Source of the DNA: Escherichia phage vB_Eco_QOTSP
Length of the DNA stretch: 64,000 nucleotides
Reading direction: 5' to 3' (one strand)
Sequence record: OY720014
Made by a program: the position numbers and the translations under genes. The notes below the pieces were generated by a model. That model was not told the origin of the DNA and searched no databases. It saw only the letters and a list, made by a program, of their open reading frames with translations. Shown piece by piece: positions 39,902-50,494 of this stretch (positions within the stretch are counted from its first letter, which is position 1; each line of letters begins with the position of its first letter).

Positions 39902-41880
39902 TGTGATATAGGCTCCAAATCGATAGTTAAGTATTGTGGACGTAAGTCATTTTCAAATACAATCAGTGAACCATCGCGAGTAAAGATAACATCATCAGTT
40001 GGGTCAGAATATAATTCAATAGTCTGAACTTCAAATTTTTCAGATGTTAAATTAATTTTAGCGATATTCCAATAAATCATGTCAGCTGGATAATTTATTT
40101 CACCGATAACATAGTATTTGTCGCGTCCATCAGAATTTGCTAATTTGTTAAAATCGTTGCCTGTATACGGCTGAATGTTTTCATTTTCTGTAACATCGCC
40201 AGAAGCAAATGGACCAATAATAACTTTACCGATTCCTTTAGAATCTCGGTCTGTTGATACTATACGAACGTCATATAATACATCTTCTTCTAAACCAGTA
40301 TCAGGATTTACAACCTTTCGTCCAGAATTAAATGAAAACGTATTAGATTCCATAGAACGATCTTTTATTTGATTATTGTATTTAATACCTGCTTCAGGTG
40401 TTTTATAGAAGTTTTGTACTTCACGAACCATTTGAATAGTCGCTGATGAACCAATGACAGAATGATCTGCATCATCTACATATGTCAACATCTTAGACTT
40501 GGCAAAAGACGAGTTAAAAATTTCTACATCTTCGGTATAATAACGATCAATTTTATCAATTATTTGACCTTCGAGCCACTGTTCGGATTCTTGCAGCTTA
40601 TTTAAAGCATATGTGACTTTTAAATTAGTCTTAATAAAAAGATAATTAGGAGAAATAATTGATGGCGTAATAGGAGCTAAATTATAGTCTTTGAGATAAT
40701 TTTTAATATCTTCACGTTGCACAGTAGTTAAATACAATCCTGATTTAGGTTTAGCAGCAATAAATGCATACCCAGGTTTAGTAGAATCAGTGAAAGTCTG
40801 AACAGCTTGAATAATAGAACCAAATCTCTCTGAAACGAATGTATCGTAGTCAGTCGCAGTTACGCAGCGTTGCTGGGTTTCGCGTTTAATAGTACCCAAT
40901 TCGCGAATACGCTCAATATCTTCTGGATCACCGCCGCCATCTGCTCCGACAAAATCTGGGTCGTCGTTTGGATTTTCATTAATATTGATGACAGTTATAT
41001 TTGTTAATGTATCTGCATATGAAAATCCGACTGCTCCGTTCGCGTCAGCGCCATTAGTACTGATGTACTCAATAACAATCGTAGAGTTCTGAGTAGGTTT
41101 AAGACCTCCGATATAATTAGCGGTCAAAGCTCCTTCAGAAGCATTAACAGAAATTTCACCTTCACCAAAATAGAATTCAGTGTTTCCATCAATAGTTTCA
41201 CGCATATAGTAAATCGTTGATGTTGAACCAGCATGAACCATTGACTTTCTCGTCCAGTTAATCCATTCCGCTCCATCAACATATAATTTAACCTGGTTTC
41301 TATCAATATTTTTATCATAAATGATAATAGGTGTTAATTTATCATAAATGATTTCAGTTCTTACTATACGTCCCTGGGCCAATTTTAAACGTGGAAAATA
41401 TTGGTTATTTTTATCACGAATAGCAATAACATCTTCGGTAGATACAAAGTTATAAGGATTAACAGAAGTATCCTTTGCATATGCTAAAAAGCGAGTACCG
41501 CGAGGAATAGTAATGTAATTTCTATTCAATGCATCTGTGCATGTTAACATAATTTCGGTCTGCGCAGCGGATTTTGAAGTAGGTAAATATCCGTTATCTT
41601 GCGCAGCTTGAACAACTGAACTTCGTAAGTTAGCAGTACGCATAAAGCTTTCATACACAGCAGCATTACCAAACTGCTGAATGTATAATGTATTATAAGC
41701 TAAAAGGTCACACAGAACGTTTAATCTTGAGCCTTCAAAATCATAATCCAAAAATTCATTTTGGCCATTAAGCCATTCAATGAGGTTTTGTTTTATTTCA
41801 GCAAATGTACCCCCGACGAATATCTCGGGAATAGCATTTGCTGTTCTTGTTAATTGATAATTTACAGGGGTATTTGCCAT
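39898..41880 (-). CDS. 6: baseplate wedge subunit gp6
   Basis: 660 aa. Confidence 0.9.
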   Translation of the reverse strand: MANTPVNYQLTRTANAIPEIFVGGTFAEIKQNLIEWLNGQNEFLDYDFEGSRLNVLCDLLAYNTLYIQQFGNAAVYESFMRTANLRSSVVQAAQDNGYLPTSKSAAQTEIMLTCTDALNRNYITIPRGTRFLAYAKDTSVNPYNFVSTEDVIAIRDKNNQYFPRLKLAQGRIVRTEIIYDKLTPIIIYDKNIDRNQVKLYVDGAEWINWTRKSMVHAGSTSTIYYMRETIDGNTEFYFGEGEISVNASEGALTANYIGGLKPTQNSTIVIEYISTNGADANGAVGFSYADTLTNITVININENPNDDPDFVGADGGGDPEDIERIRELGTIKRETQQRCVTATDYDTFVSERFGSIIQAVQTFTDSTKPGYAFIAAKPKSGLYLTTVQREDIKNYLKDYNLAPITPSIISPNYLFIKTNLKVTYALNKLQESEQWLEGQIIDKIDRYYTEDVEIFNSSFAKSKMLTYVDDADHSVIGSSATIQMVREVQNFYKTPEAGIKYNNQIKDRSMESNTFSFNSGRKVVNPDTGLEEDVLYDVRIVSTDRDSKGIGKVIIGPFASGDVTENENIQPYTGNDFNKLANSDGRDKYYVIGEINYPADMIYWNIAKINLTSEKFEVQTIELYSDPTDDVIFTRDGSLIVFENDLRPQYLTIDLEPISQ

Positions 41881-41888
41881 TTTAAATC

Positions 41889-42182
41889 CTATTTAATGAA
41901 TACTTTAGATGATGCCTGAGCCACAGTATCACCGCATGATATTGGATCAGCCATTTGAACAGCTTTCTTTCCAGTGACATATACCTTAGAAGTTCTGGGT
42001 TGTGTCACTCCGCCATGTGTTTCATATGGCTTTTTAATTTCTGTATGTTCTGTAATTGGATCACCTGCTACGAGAACAGCAATTCCTCCAGTGAATACTT
42101 TACTTTGTGTAGCATTCACAACTGTTGGAGGCCACGCTTCATGGCCAGCAGTAACACACTTATCATAACTTAATCCTGACAT
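41889..42182 (-). CDS. 5.4: PAAR-like spike tip protein gp5.4
   Basis: 97 aa Gly-rich, between 5.1 and 6. Confidence 0.8.
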
Positions 42183-42740
42183 TTATGGCCTCTCATACAC
42201 GTAGCTTCTCAGTTTATTAGCCCAACGACTCCAATTTCCAACTATAGTTTTAGTATAATTTTTAACGAGAGTTTTTCTTACTAGAGCAGGAGGATCTGTC
42301 GGTTCAGTAGTATCAGAAGATGACCTAGAATTACTACCAGAACCTCCAGATTCACTTTGTTCTTGGTAGTCATATATTAATGTTACTTCGTAAGTGAATG
42401 TCTTCTGGAGATTTTGAGGAGCTTTCCACAAATACAACTGAGTATCAGAATCAGTAGGAAGTTCTTCCCATGAAGCAGCAGTTTTAAATTCATCGCCTAA
42501 ACGATATTTCAACGCGTCATTTCCGAAACCAAATACAGATTCATATGTTCCATATAAGCGATTTTCTTCTACTAAAACCCCAGGAGTTTCTTCGTAACTA
42601 GTTATATTTATAGATACTAACGTTTCACCTGTTTCTAATTGAGCGGTAAAGGTGACGTCGATAGAAGAACCTTCCATGGATTCTCCTAAATCAGCGCTCA
42701 TTGGAAGTATATTAGCCAATGTCAATCCTCGATCCATCAA
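42183..42740 (-). CDS. 5.1: hypothetical protein gp5.1
   Basis: 185 aa ORF between genes 5 and 5.4. Confidence 0.65.
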
Positions 42741-44439
42741 TTGTGTATTGACCAGATGAAATAGAACTCATAGATGCCATTTTTTCTGTCCAATCACCAC
42801 CAACGTCCCAATCAACTGTCCCAGCAACTTTCCAAGAAAGATTTCCATTTACTGTATTAGTCTGATTTCCTTCAACTAAAGTGGTAGCATCTCCTTTAAC
42901 TGTAATGTCAGCATTACCTTCAACTACAATAGTAACATTACCTTTAACTAGGATAGTTCCATTACCTTCAACCGTCTTAGTTTCATCGCCTCTAACAAAT
43001 ATCGTATTGCTTCCATCTATTTGGTGAAGACGATTATCCATGTTGTAATAAATTTCTGATCCACCGACGTTAGTCTTTTTATCACCGGCTACCAAAAAAT
43101 TACCATCAGCATTGGTTATATCATACAAATTATCAACAGTTTTTCTTGTTCTTCTTCCTGACGGTGATACTTCTTCATAAGTTCCAGTTGGATGAACTAA
43201 TCTGTATCGTTCTTGCCCAGGGGTATCATCAAATTCCTGAATATGTCCACTTTCAGTTTCCATTGTATGCACATAAGGATATTCGCCTTTATATGAAGAA
43301 ACTGGTTCTTTGAATAAAATTCTCGAGTCATTTGGAATAGGAGGGTCAGCAGGGTCAGAAGATTTAGCTACAGTCGCAGCCATTGCCGATAAAGACCTAG
43401 CTGGAGTTTTCACTTCAACACCATATGATTCCAAATTCCCCGTAAGAATAATCATGGTAACACGGGATGCACGGCCTTTTGTTTGTTGATACCACAATGA
43501 ATCACGACCGGCTTTATATGCTTTTTCCCAATCTCCTGCTAACATAGCAGTTAACATTGTGTTAAATTTAGCTACACCGCCAACACCCATCTGAAATGCC
43601 ATATTTTCTAATGCCATTTGACGAGAACGGTTGACAGCTTGCCAGACTGGTCCTACTTTAGAATGCGATTTAATGTCACGTTGCATATCAGCCAAATCAC
43701 GCTCAAATAAAGTCGTCGCTTCTTCCATTGTAATAGAACCTGGATTTCCTGTAATTTCACGACCAACTTGTTTTGATAAAACTTTATTAATTTGAGCCAT
43801 ATCACGAACTGGCTGCTTCATGATAAGATGACCAATACCAATTGTCGGATATCCTTCAGTATCCCAATAAACTTTTAGTCTTAATCCTTCATCACGGCGA
43901 AGCATTTCAGCCATTGACATGTTTGGATTATCATCAGTTGGAATCTCTGATAGTGGTCTATCATCGGGATTTATTGCGGTGTCTAAGTTACTATCTTGAA
44001 TAACATTAGAAGAGGAATCATATCCTACTTCTCCGCCTTGGTTTAGTACGTTAGTATCATTTCCTAAACGTCTAGGATATTGCCCAGTTGGGTCAGAAAA
44101 TCCTTCAAGTCTATTCGGTTTTTCGCGAACTATTCCACCATACGTGCCAAGGACAATTCCGTTAGTTTTCCATTTGTCTAAAAAATGACCATAAACTCTA
44201 GTTCCTTCTACCGGTCCAGTAACAGAACCTCCAATTCCTGACATTGCTGCAGAAGTTATAGGTTGAATAACTGACATCCATGGTAATTTTTCAGTTGGAA
44301 TACCCATTACATCACCTTGTGCTCTTTGTGGTGGATGCAGACCAACCACACGAACACGAACACGACCTAATTTTAATGGGTCCATTCTATCTTCAACAAC
44401 ACCAACAAACCAGTTGAGGTTATTACTTATCATTTCCAT
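42712..44439 (-). CDS. 5: baseplate hub / cell-puncturing protein gp5 with lysozyme domain
   Basis: 575 aa; lysozyme segment LRLKVYWDTEGYPTIGIGHLI paralogous to gene e. Confidence 0.95.
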   Translation of the reverse strand: MEMISNNLNWFVGVVEDRMDPLKLGRVRVRVVGLHPPQRAQGDVMGIPTEKLPWMSVIQPITSAAMSGIGGSVTGPVEGTRVYGHFLDKWKTNGIVLGTYGGIVREKPNRLEGFSDPTGQYPRRLGNDTNVLNQGGEVGYDSSSNVIQDSNLDTAINPDDRPLSEIPTDDNPNMSMAEMLRRDEGLRLKVYWDTEGYPTIGIGHLIMKQPVRDMAQINKVLSKQVGREITGNPGSITMEEATTLFERDLADMQRDIKSHSKVGPVWQAVNRSRQMALENMAFQMGVGGVAKFNTMLTAMLAGDWEKAYKAGRDSLWYQQTKGRASRVTMIILTGNLESYGVEVKTPARSLSAMAATVAKSSDPADPPIPNDSRILFKEPVSSYKGEYPYVHTMETESGHIQEFDDTPGQERYRLVHPTGTYEEVSPSGRRTRKTVDNLYDITNADGNFLVAGDKKTNVGGSEIYYNMDNRLHQIDGSNTIFVRGDETKTVEGNGTILVKGNVTIVVEGNADITVKGDATTLVEGNQTNTVNGNLSWKVAGTVDWDVGGDWTEKMASMSSISSGQYTIDGSRIDIG

Positions 44440-45013
44440 AAGATTTCTCCATTATACGTATAAGGTCGTTCATAAATGAATTAATGTCTGATTTTGCTAT
44501 TATTTTTATTTGACGAAGTTTTTCATTTTCAAGAACAGCAGCTTCATACGTATCGACCGCAGCAAGTGCTCCTTCATATTGAGGATATTTTCTAGCTTTA
44601 TCACCTTTGTCATACCAAACATATGGATTATCATCGTATGATATTAAATTATAAAATTTTTCACCGTTCTCATTTACATGATATACTATTTGGTCTCCAC
44701 CTACGTTTTTGTATTTTTGTATAGATGCTTGATAAGCAGCTTCTTGCGAAGTAATCCATCCATAATACGGGTCATAATTATCATTACACATCAATAAAAC
44801 CCAATACAACTGTGGATTTCCATATATAGTATTTGCTAATTCTTCCGGGCGTGGTGAACCTTTAATATAATAAGTACGTAAGCGGTATCCCGCAAGAGCA
44901 CGTTTGAAATAGTCTTTATAGTTTCTAAAAATATCTGTCATAGGAATAGTCGGCGCGTTTTTATTCACCGTTTTGGCCGCATATTCAATCGGATCAAAAA
45001 ATGTAAAGAGCAT
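44423..45013 (-). CDS. 53: baseplate wedge subunit gp53
   Basis: 196 aa. Confidence 0.85.
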   Translation of the reverse strand: MLFTFFDPIEYAAKTVNKNAPTIPMTDIFRNYKDYFKRALAGYRLRTYYIKGSPRPEELANTIYGNPQLYWVLLMCNDNYDPYYGWITSQEAAYQASIQKYKNVGGDQIVYHVNENGEKFYNLISYDDNPYVWYDKGDKARKYPQYEGALAAVDTYEAAVLENEKLRQIKIIAKSDINSFMNDLIRIMEKSYGNDK

Positions 45014-45026
45014 GGGCCCTCCTGTT

Positions 45027-45050
45027 TATAAATATATTATCTATTTATAA
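45027..45050. promoter_or_regulatory. divergent late promoters (TATAAATA at 45027..45034 plus strand for gene 4; 45043..45050 minus strand for gene 53)
   Basis: Exact motifs seen in 47-bp intergenic region. Confidence 0.6.
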
Positions 45051-45060
45051 GGAGAATCCA

Positions 45061-45513
45061 ATGGCATATTCTGGAAAATGGGTTCCTAAAAATATATCAA
45101 AATATAGAGGTGACCCTAAAAAAATTACGTATAGATCAAATTGGGAAAAATTCTTTTTTGAATGGTTAGATAAAAATCCAGAAATTATTGCATGGGGTAG
45201 TGAAACAGCAGTAATTCCTTATTTTTGTAATGCAGAAGGGAAAAAACGTAGATACTTCATGGATATTTGGATGAAAGATTCTTCTGGACAAGAATTTTTT
45301 ATTGAAATAAAACCTAAAAAAGAAACACAACCACCAGTTAAACCAGCACATCTAACAACTGCAGCGAAGAAAAGATTTATGAATGAAATTTATACATATT
45401 CCGTTAATACCGACAAATGGAAAGCAGCGCAAGCTTTAGCTGAAAAGCGTGGAATAAAATTTAGAATTCTAACAGAAGATGGATTACGAGCTCTTGGCTT
45501 TAAGGGGGCATAA
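45061..45513 (+). CDS. 4: head completion protein gp4
   Basis: 150 aa. Confidence 0.85.
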
Positions 45514-46337
45514 TGGCTATTTTTCAAATAATTAATGAAAGCACTCCCCAAGTTCCAAAGGTTAAGCAATCATTAAACGAAAAGAAATGGATTCAGATAG
45601 GTCTTGAATATAAAAAGGCCAAAGCAAAAGGAATGACAGGAAAGCAATTTGCTGAAGAAAGAGGAATCAAATACTCTACGTTTACTTCAGCAATGTCAAA
45701 ATATGCTTCAGGAATTAAAACGGCTGAAAAGATTCAAAAGCTTGAATCAAAACCAATGAATAAACTCAATAAGCAAGAAAGACAACTGCTTATGATAAAT
45801 TCATTCAGACAAACATTGCGTGATAAAATTCGTAATGAAGGTGCAGCAATTAATAATAAAACCAGAAAGTGGTTTGCTGAAACTATTAAGCAAGTAAAAG
45901 GACATAAAGTTGTTCGCCCGCAGCCGGGACGAATATATGCTTTTGCTTATGATGCTAAACACAAGGAAACTCTTCCTTACTGGGATAAATTTCCTTTGAT
46001 AATTTACCTTGGTTTAGGTAAGCATAACTTAATGTACGGATTAAACTTGCACTATATTCCACCTAAAGCTCGTCAGCAATTCCTAGAAGAGCTTTTAAAG
46101 CAATATGCAAATACACCTACTATTACTAATAAAACGAAATTAAAAATTGATTGGAGTCAAGTGAAAGGATTTAGGGGTGCAGACCAAATGATTAAGGCAT
46201 ATATACCTGGTAATATTATGGGTAGCCTTGTTGAAATCGCCCCGAAAGACTGGGCGAACGTTGTGTTGATGCCACTTCAGCAGTTCGTTTCAAAAGGAAA
46301 ACGTTTCTCTGCAAACAAAGTCTGGTCAAATATTTAA
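45513..46337 (+). CDS. 2: DNA end protector protein gp2
   Basis: 274 aa. Confidence 0.85.
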
Positions 46338-46443
46338 TTCTATTATCTTCCATTCTTTTCTGTTGTTTGTTCTAAATGGAATTGAATGGAAGGGACTTAG
46401 ACCCATTATACCACCAACAGTTATAAAGCATTATGAGGAATAT

Positions 46444-46974
46444 ATGTCGCAAGCTCTGCAACAAATTTTTAACCAAGCAAATACAACTAACTTTGTAGTA
46501 TCAATACCACATAGTAATACTACATCTGCTTTTACTTTAAATGCTCAGTCAGTTCCTATTCCAGGAATTAGAATACCTGTTACTGATACCGTGACTGGGC
46601 CGTTTGGACTGGGCCGAGCACAACGTCCAGGTGTTACATTCGAGTATGATCCACTCATTGTGAGATTTATAGTTGATGAAGAACTTAAATCATGGATAGG
46701 AATGTATGAATGGATGCTAGGAACTAGCAACTATCTTACAGGTGAAAATACTGCTCAAAAAACAGGTCCTGAGTACATTACGCTTTACATCTTAGATAAT
46801 AGCAAAACTGAAATCGTGATGTCAATAAATTTTTATAAGCCTTGGGTTTCTGACCTATCTGAAGTAGAATTTAGCTACACAGAAGATTCAGACCCGGCTT
46901 TAGTATGTACTGCAACGATTCCTTACACATATTTTCAAGTAGAAAAAGATGGAAAAATTATAGCAGAAGTTTAA
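46444..46974 (+). CDS. 3: tail tube terminator / tail completion protein gp3
   Basis: 176 aa from internal ATG with GAGGAA RBS (ORF track start 46363 is upstream of likely start). Confidence 0.8.
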   Translation: MSQALQQIFNQANTTNFVVSIPHSNTTSAFTLNAQSVPIPGIRIPVTDTVTGPFGLGRAQRPGVTFEYDPLIVRFIVDEELKSWIGMYEWMLGTSNYLTGENTAQKTGPEYITLYILDNSKTEIVMSINFYKPWVSDLSEVEFSYTEDSDPALVCTATIPYTYFQVEKDGKIIAEV

Positions 46975-47023
46975 TGCTTCAGTTTTGTGTGTTATAATCT
47001 TAATTAAATTTGAGGAGAAACAC

Positions 47024-47748
47024 ATGAAACTAATCTTTTTAAGCGGTGTAAAGCGTAGTGGAAAAGATACTACTGCTGATTTTATCATGAGCAATTATTC
47101 TGCAGTTAAATACCAACTTGCTGGTCCTATTAAGGATGCATTGGCTTATGCATGGGGCGTATTTGCAGAAAACACTGACTATCCTTGCTTAACTCGTAAA
47201 GAGTTTGAAGGAATTGACTATGATCGTGAGACTAATTTAAATCTGACTAAATCAGAAGTAATCACGATTATGGAACAAGCATTTTGCTATCTTAACGGTA
47301 AAAGCCCAATTAAGGGTGTGTTTGTTTTTGATGACGAAGGACAAGAATCAGTTAATTCTGTAGCATTTAACAAGATTATTGACGTTATAAATAATATTGA
47401 AGATCAATGGTCAGTCCGTCGTCTGATGCAAGCCCTAGGTACGGATTTGATTGTTAATAACTTCGACCGCATGTACTGGGTAAAATTATTTGCTTTAGAT
47501 TATCTTGATAAATTTAACTCAGGTTATGATTATTATATCGTTCCTGATACTCGTCAAGATCATGAAATGGATGCGGCTAGGGCGATGGGTGCTACAGTAA
47601 TTCATGTAGTTCGTCCTGGTCAAAAATCCAATGATACACATATTACAGAAGCTGGATTGCCAATTCGTGATGGCGATTTAGTAATTACAAACGATGGTTC
47701 TCTTGAAGAACTTTTTTCTAAAATTAAAAATACACTAAAGGTACTATA

Positions 47749-47749
<1 letters not shown>
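47024..47749 (+). CDS. 1: dNMP kinase gp1
   Basis: 241 aa from ATG with GAGG RBS; P-loop GVKRSGKDT. Confidence 0.85.
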
Positions 47750-48446
<697 letters not shown>

Positions 48447-48458
48447 TTTCACAAAGTT

Positions 48459-48488
48459 GTTTACATACTGATGAGGTAGTGATACTAT
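48459..48488 (+). promoter_or_regulatory. T4-type early promoter with stem-loop (PeSL-like cassette), copy 1
   Basis: GTTTACA -35, TACTAT -10 inside 9-bp inverted repeat GATGAGGTA/TACCTCATC. Confidence 0.6.
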
Positions 48489-48519
48489 TACCTCATCAAA
48501 ATTAATTAGGAAAATAAAA

Positions 48520-48777
48520 ATGAAAACTTTCAAAGAGTTTGCTACAGAAACTATTATCACTGAATCTTCTCATGGTATGGAAGTAAAGCTTGGAATGGCT
48601 TTAGCTGAAGCTGAGCGTCTTTTTTCTCGTATTAAAGAACTTGCTGCTGCAGTCGATCCTTCATCTTTTAAAGGAGACCAAACTAAAGTTAAAGCACTTT
48701 TAGCATTATGCTCTGATGCAGGAGAAATCGCTAAGAACGGTTCTAAGATGAAGAAACGATTAGAAGATTTAAAATAA
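48520..48777 (+). CDS. small protein with capsid-targeting-like N-terminus (MKTFKEFATE)
   Basis: 85 aa ORF with RBS, downstream of early promoter cassette. Confidence 0.6.
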   Translation: MKTFKEFATETIITESSHGMEVKLGMALAEAERLFSRIKELAAAVDPSSFKGDQTKVKALLALCSDAGEIAKNGSKMKKRLEDLK

Positions 48778-48789
48778 TTTCACAAAGTT

Positions 48790-48819
48790 GTTTACACGGG
48801 GTTTTAGTAGTGATACTAT
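48790..48819 (+). promoter_or_regulatory. early promoter/stem-loop cassette, copy 2
   Basis: Same 30-bp upstream block (GATTTAAAATAATTTCACAAAGTTGTTTACA) as copy 1. Confidence 0.6.
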
Positions 48820-48855
48820 TACCCTATCAAAACAAATGTGAAATTGGAGAATAAA

Positions 48856-49089
48856 ATGAAAACGTATCAAGAATTTATTGCTGAAGCTGCTGATGTAAAA
48901 GTTGAGTTTATTTACATTGGCAAGAAAGATAAAATGGGCGAAATGCCTCATGGAGTTCTTCGTGATGCATTAGATAATTTCGGTCAACTCGCCGCAGAAG
49001 ATTACGGTGATAAAATTGTTGTTACTGGTCCGGCTGCAGTTATTGAAAAATGGGCAGCAGAAAATAAATCAATTTTTCGTAAAAAATGA
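48856..49089 (+). CDS. ipI: internal protein I-like head protein (CTS MKTYQEFIAE)
   Basis: 77 aa from ATG with GGAG RBS; canonical T4 capsid targeting sequence; ipI locus position. Confidence 0.65.
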   Translation: MKTYQEFIAEAADVKVEFIYIGKKDKMGEMPHGVLRDALDNFGQLAAEDYGDKIVVTGPAAVIEKWAAENKSIFRKK

Positions 49090-49119
49090 GTTTACTTTTA
49101 GATAGGGTAGTGATACTAT
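49090..49119 (+). promoter_or_regulatory. early promoter/stem-loop cassette, copy 3
   Basis: GTTTAC ... GATAGGGTA-GTGATACTAT-TACCCTATC. Confidence 0.6.
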
Positions 49120-49147
49120 TACCCTATCAACTACTGAGGAGAATAAA

Positions 49148-49333
49148 ATGAAACGTTGTGAATTAATTCGAAATGTTGCTATTGCAATTTCTGCTTCCGC
49201 TTTTAGTTTTTCAATGTTTGTTGGATTTATATGCGGATTATTAACTACAGCAGAAAATGTGTTTTCACTTGTAGTAGCATTTTTAATTGGTTTAATTGCT
49301 ATCGTTATGGATAAAATTTCTAAAGGTGAATAA
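49148..49333 (+). CDS. small hydrophobic protein (61 aa, predicted membrane)
   Basis: GAGGAG RBS; two hydrophobic segments. Confidence 0.55.
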   Translation: MKRCELIRNVAIAISASAFSFSMFVGFICGLLTTAENVFSLVVAFLIGLIAIVMDKISKGE

Positions 49334-49744
49334 ATGAGTATTAACGAATATTATGTTTATGCCGGGGATTATGCAAATCCTTCTCATTTTGAAGGTAATT
49401 TAATACCTGATAAAGTTTTTAATACTCCTTTTGAAGCGTGGAGTTGGATTGAAAGTAAAAATGGATTTTCTTACCGTTATGTTGAAGTAACTGATTGGAG
49501 AGGAACTAAATATCCTAAAGACCATTATTACGTAAATCCATCTAAGGTAAATTTTCTTTTATTCGCAGGTGATAATTATTATCCTTGTGGTGGATATGAT
49601 GATTTAATTGCGTATGCTGAAACAGAAGATAAACTGCGTGATATCATTAAAGAAAATGAAAATAAACCGGATTATGGTTCCAATCGCTTTGACTGGTGGC
49701 AAATCGTAAATGCCCATACTCATGCTATCGTTGATAGAGGCTGA
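49334..49744 (+). CDS. hypothetical protein (136 aa)
   Basis: ORF coupled to previous. Confidence 0.6.
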   Translation: MSINEYYVYAGDYANPSHFEGNLIPDKVFNTPFEAWSWIESKNGFSYRYVEVTDWRGTKYPKDHYYVNPSKVNFLLFAGDNYYPCGGYDDLIAYAETEDKLRDIIKENENKPDYGSNRFDWWQIVNAHTHAIVDRG

Positions 49745-49767
49745 CAATGATTCTTTATGCTAAAGTA
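49742..49767 (+). repeat. 26-bp direct repeat copy A (TGACAATGATTCTTTATGCTAAAGTA), includes remnant start MILYAKV
   Basis: 24/26 identical to 50197..50222. Confidence 0.8.
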
Positions 49768-49818
49768 CTACCTTATAGGAATGATATTGCTTAAATTAAT
49801 ATTGAGGTAGCTGAGACT

Positions 49819-50199
49819 ATGAAATTAATTAAATCGGGTGGAACCAGATGGGTACTACTAACACGTAAGTATGCTATTAAGTTCCCTATCCCCAAGACAT
49901 GGAAACACTTCGTGCAGGGTATGCTCAGCAATCTTACAGAAGGTCAGTGGAAGGGGTATGATAACAAGCACCTATGCCCAATAGCATACTCAAACAGATT
50001 TGGTCTCATGGTTGTGATGCACAAAGCAGAGCCAGTTGAGGATAAGGAGCTTTTTAAATCTGATTTGCAAAAGCTCTATAATGATGTTGATGGTGATGAA
50101 TGCAGAACGCTTGACCGTGATTTCTTTGAGTATGATGCCTTTCCAAAGAACTTTGGCTACTACAAAGGTAGATTGGTCAAGATAGACTACGGAGTGTGA
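49819..50199 (+). CDS. hypothetical protein (126 aa) inside repeat-flanked insertion
   Basis: ORF with RBS; Gly-rich loop and AIK motif near N-terminus, KIDYG at C-terminus. Confidence 0.55.
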   Translation: MKLIKSGGTRWVLLTRKYAIKFPIPKTWKHFVQGMLSNLTEGQWKGYDNKHLCPIAYSNRFGLMVVMHKAEPVEDKELFKSDLQKLYNDVDGDECRTLDRDFFEYDAFPKNFGYYKGRLVKIDYGV

Positions 50200-50222
50200 T
50201 AATGATTCTTTATGCAAAAGTA
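50197..50222 (+). repeat. 26-bp direct repeat copy B (TGATAATGATTCTTTATGCAAAAGTA)
   Basis: Matches copy A; includes ATG of next gene. Confidence 0.8.
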
Positions 50223-50492
50223 TCATCCATTGAAAATGGATATAAATATGATCAAGAAGCAGCTAAAGCCTTGATTGATGATTATGGCATTTTAACATGT
50301 TTTGAAGTTGAAAAGGTTTACATTGACCGTTCATCTTCTCAGGTTAAATTAGTAAAAGAAGACCGTAAATTTAATACAGTAAATTTTGATTTCTTTATTG
50401 AAACAGAAAAAGGTCCTCTTGAATATGATATTTTCAAGAATCCTTTGGGTCTTGAATGTATTCAGAAAACGTATATTAATGCAGCGTGGTGA
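50202..50492 (+). CDS. hypothetical protein (96 aa, MILYAKVSS...)
   Basis: ORF starting in repeat copy B. Confidence 0.55.
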   Translation: MILYAKVSSIENGYKYDQEAAKALIDDYGILTCFEVEKVYIDRSSSQVKLVKEDRKFNTVNFDFFIETEKGPLEYDIFKNPLGLECIQKTYINAAW

Positions 50493-50494
50493 AA

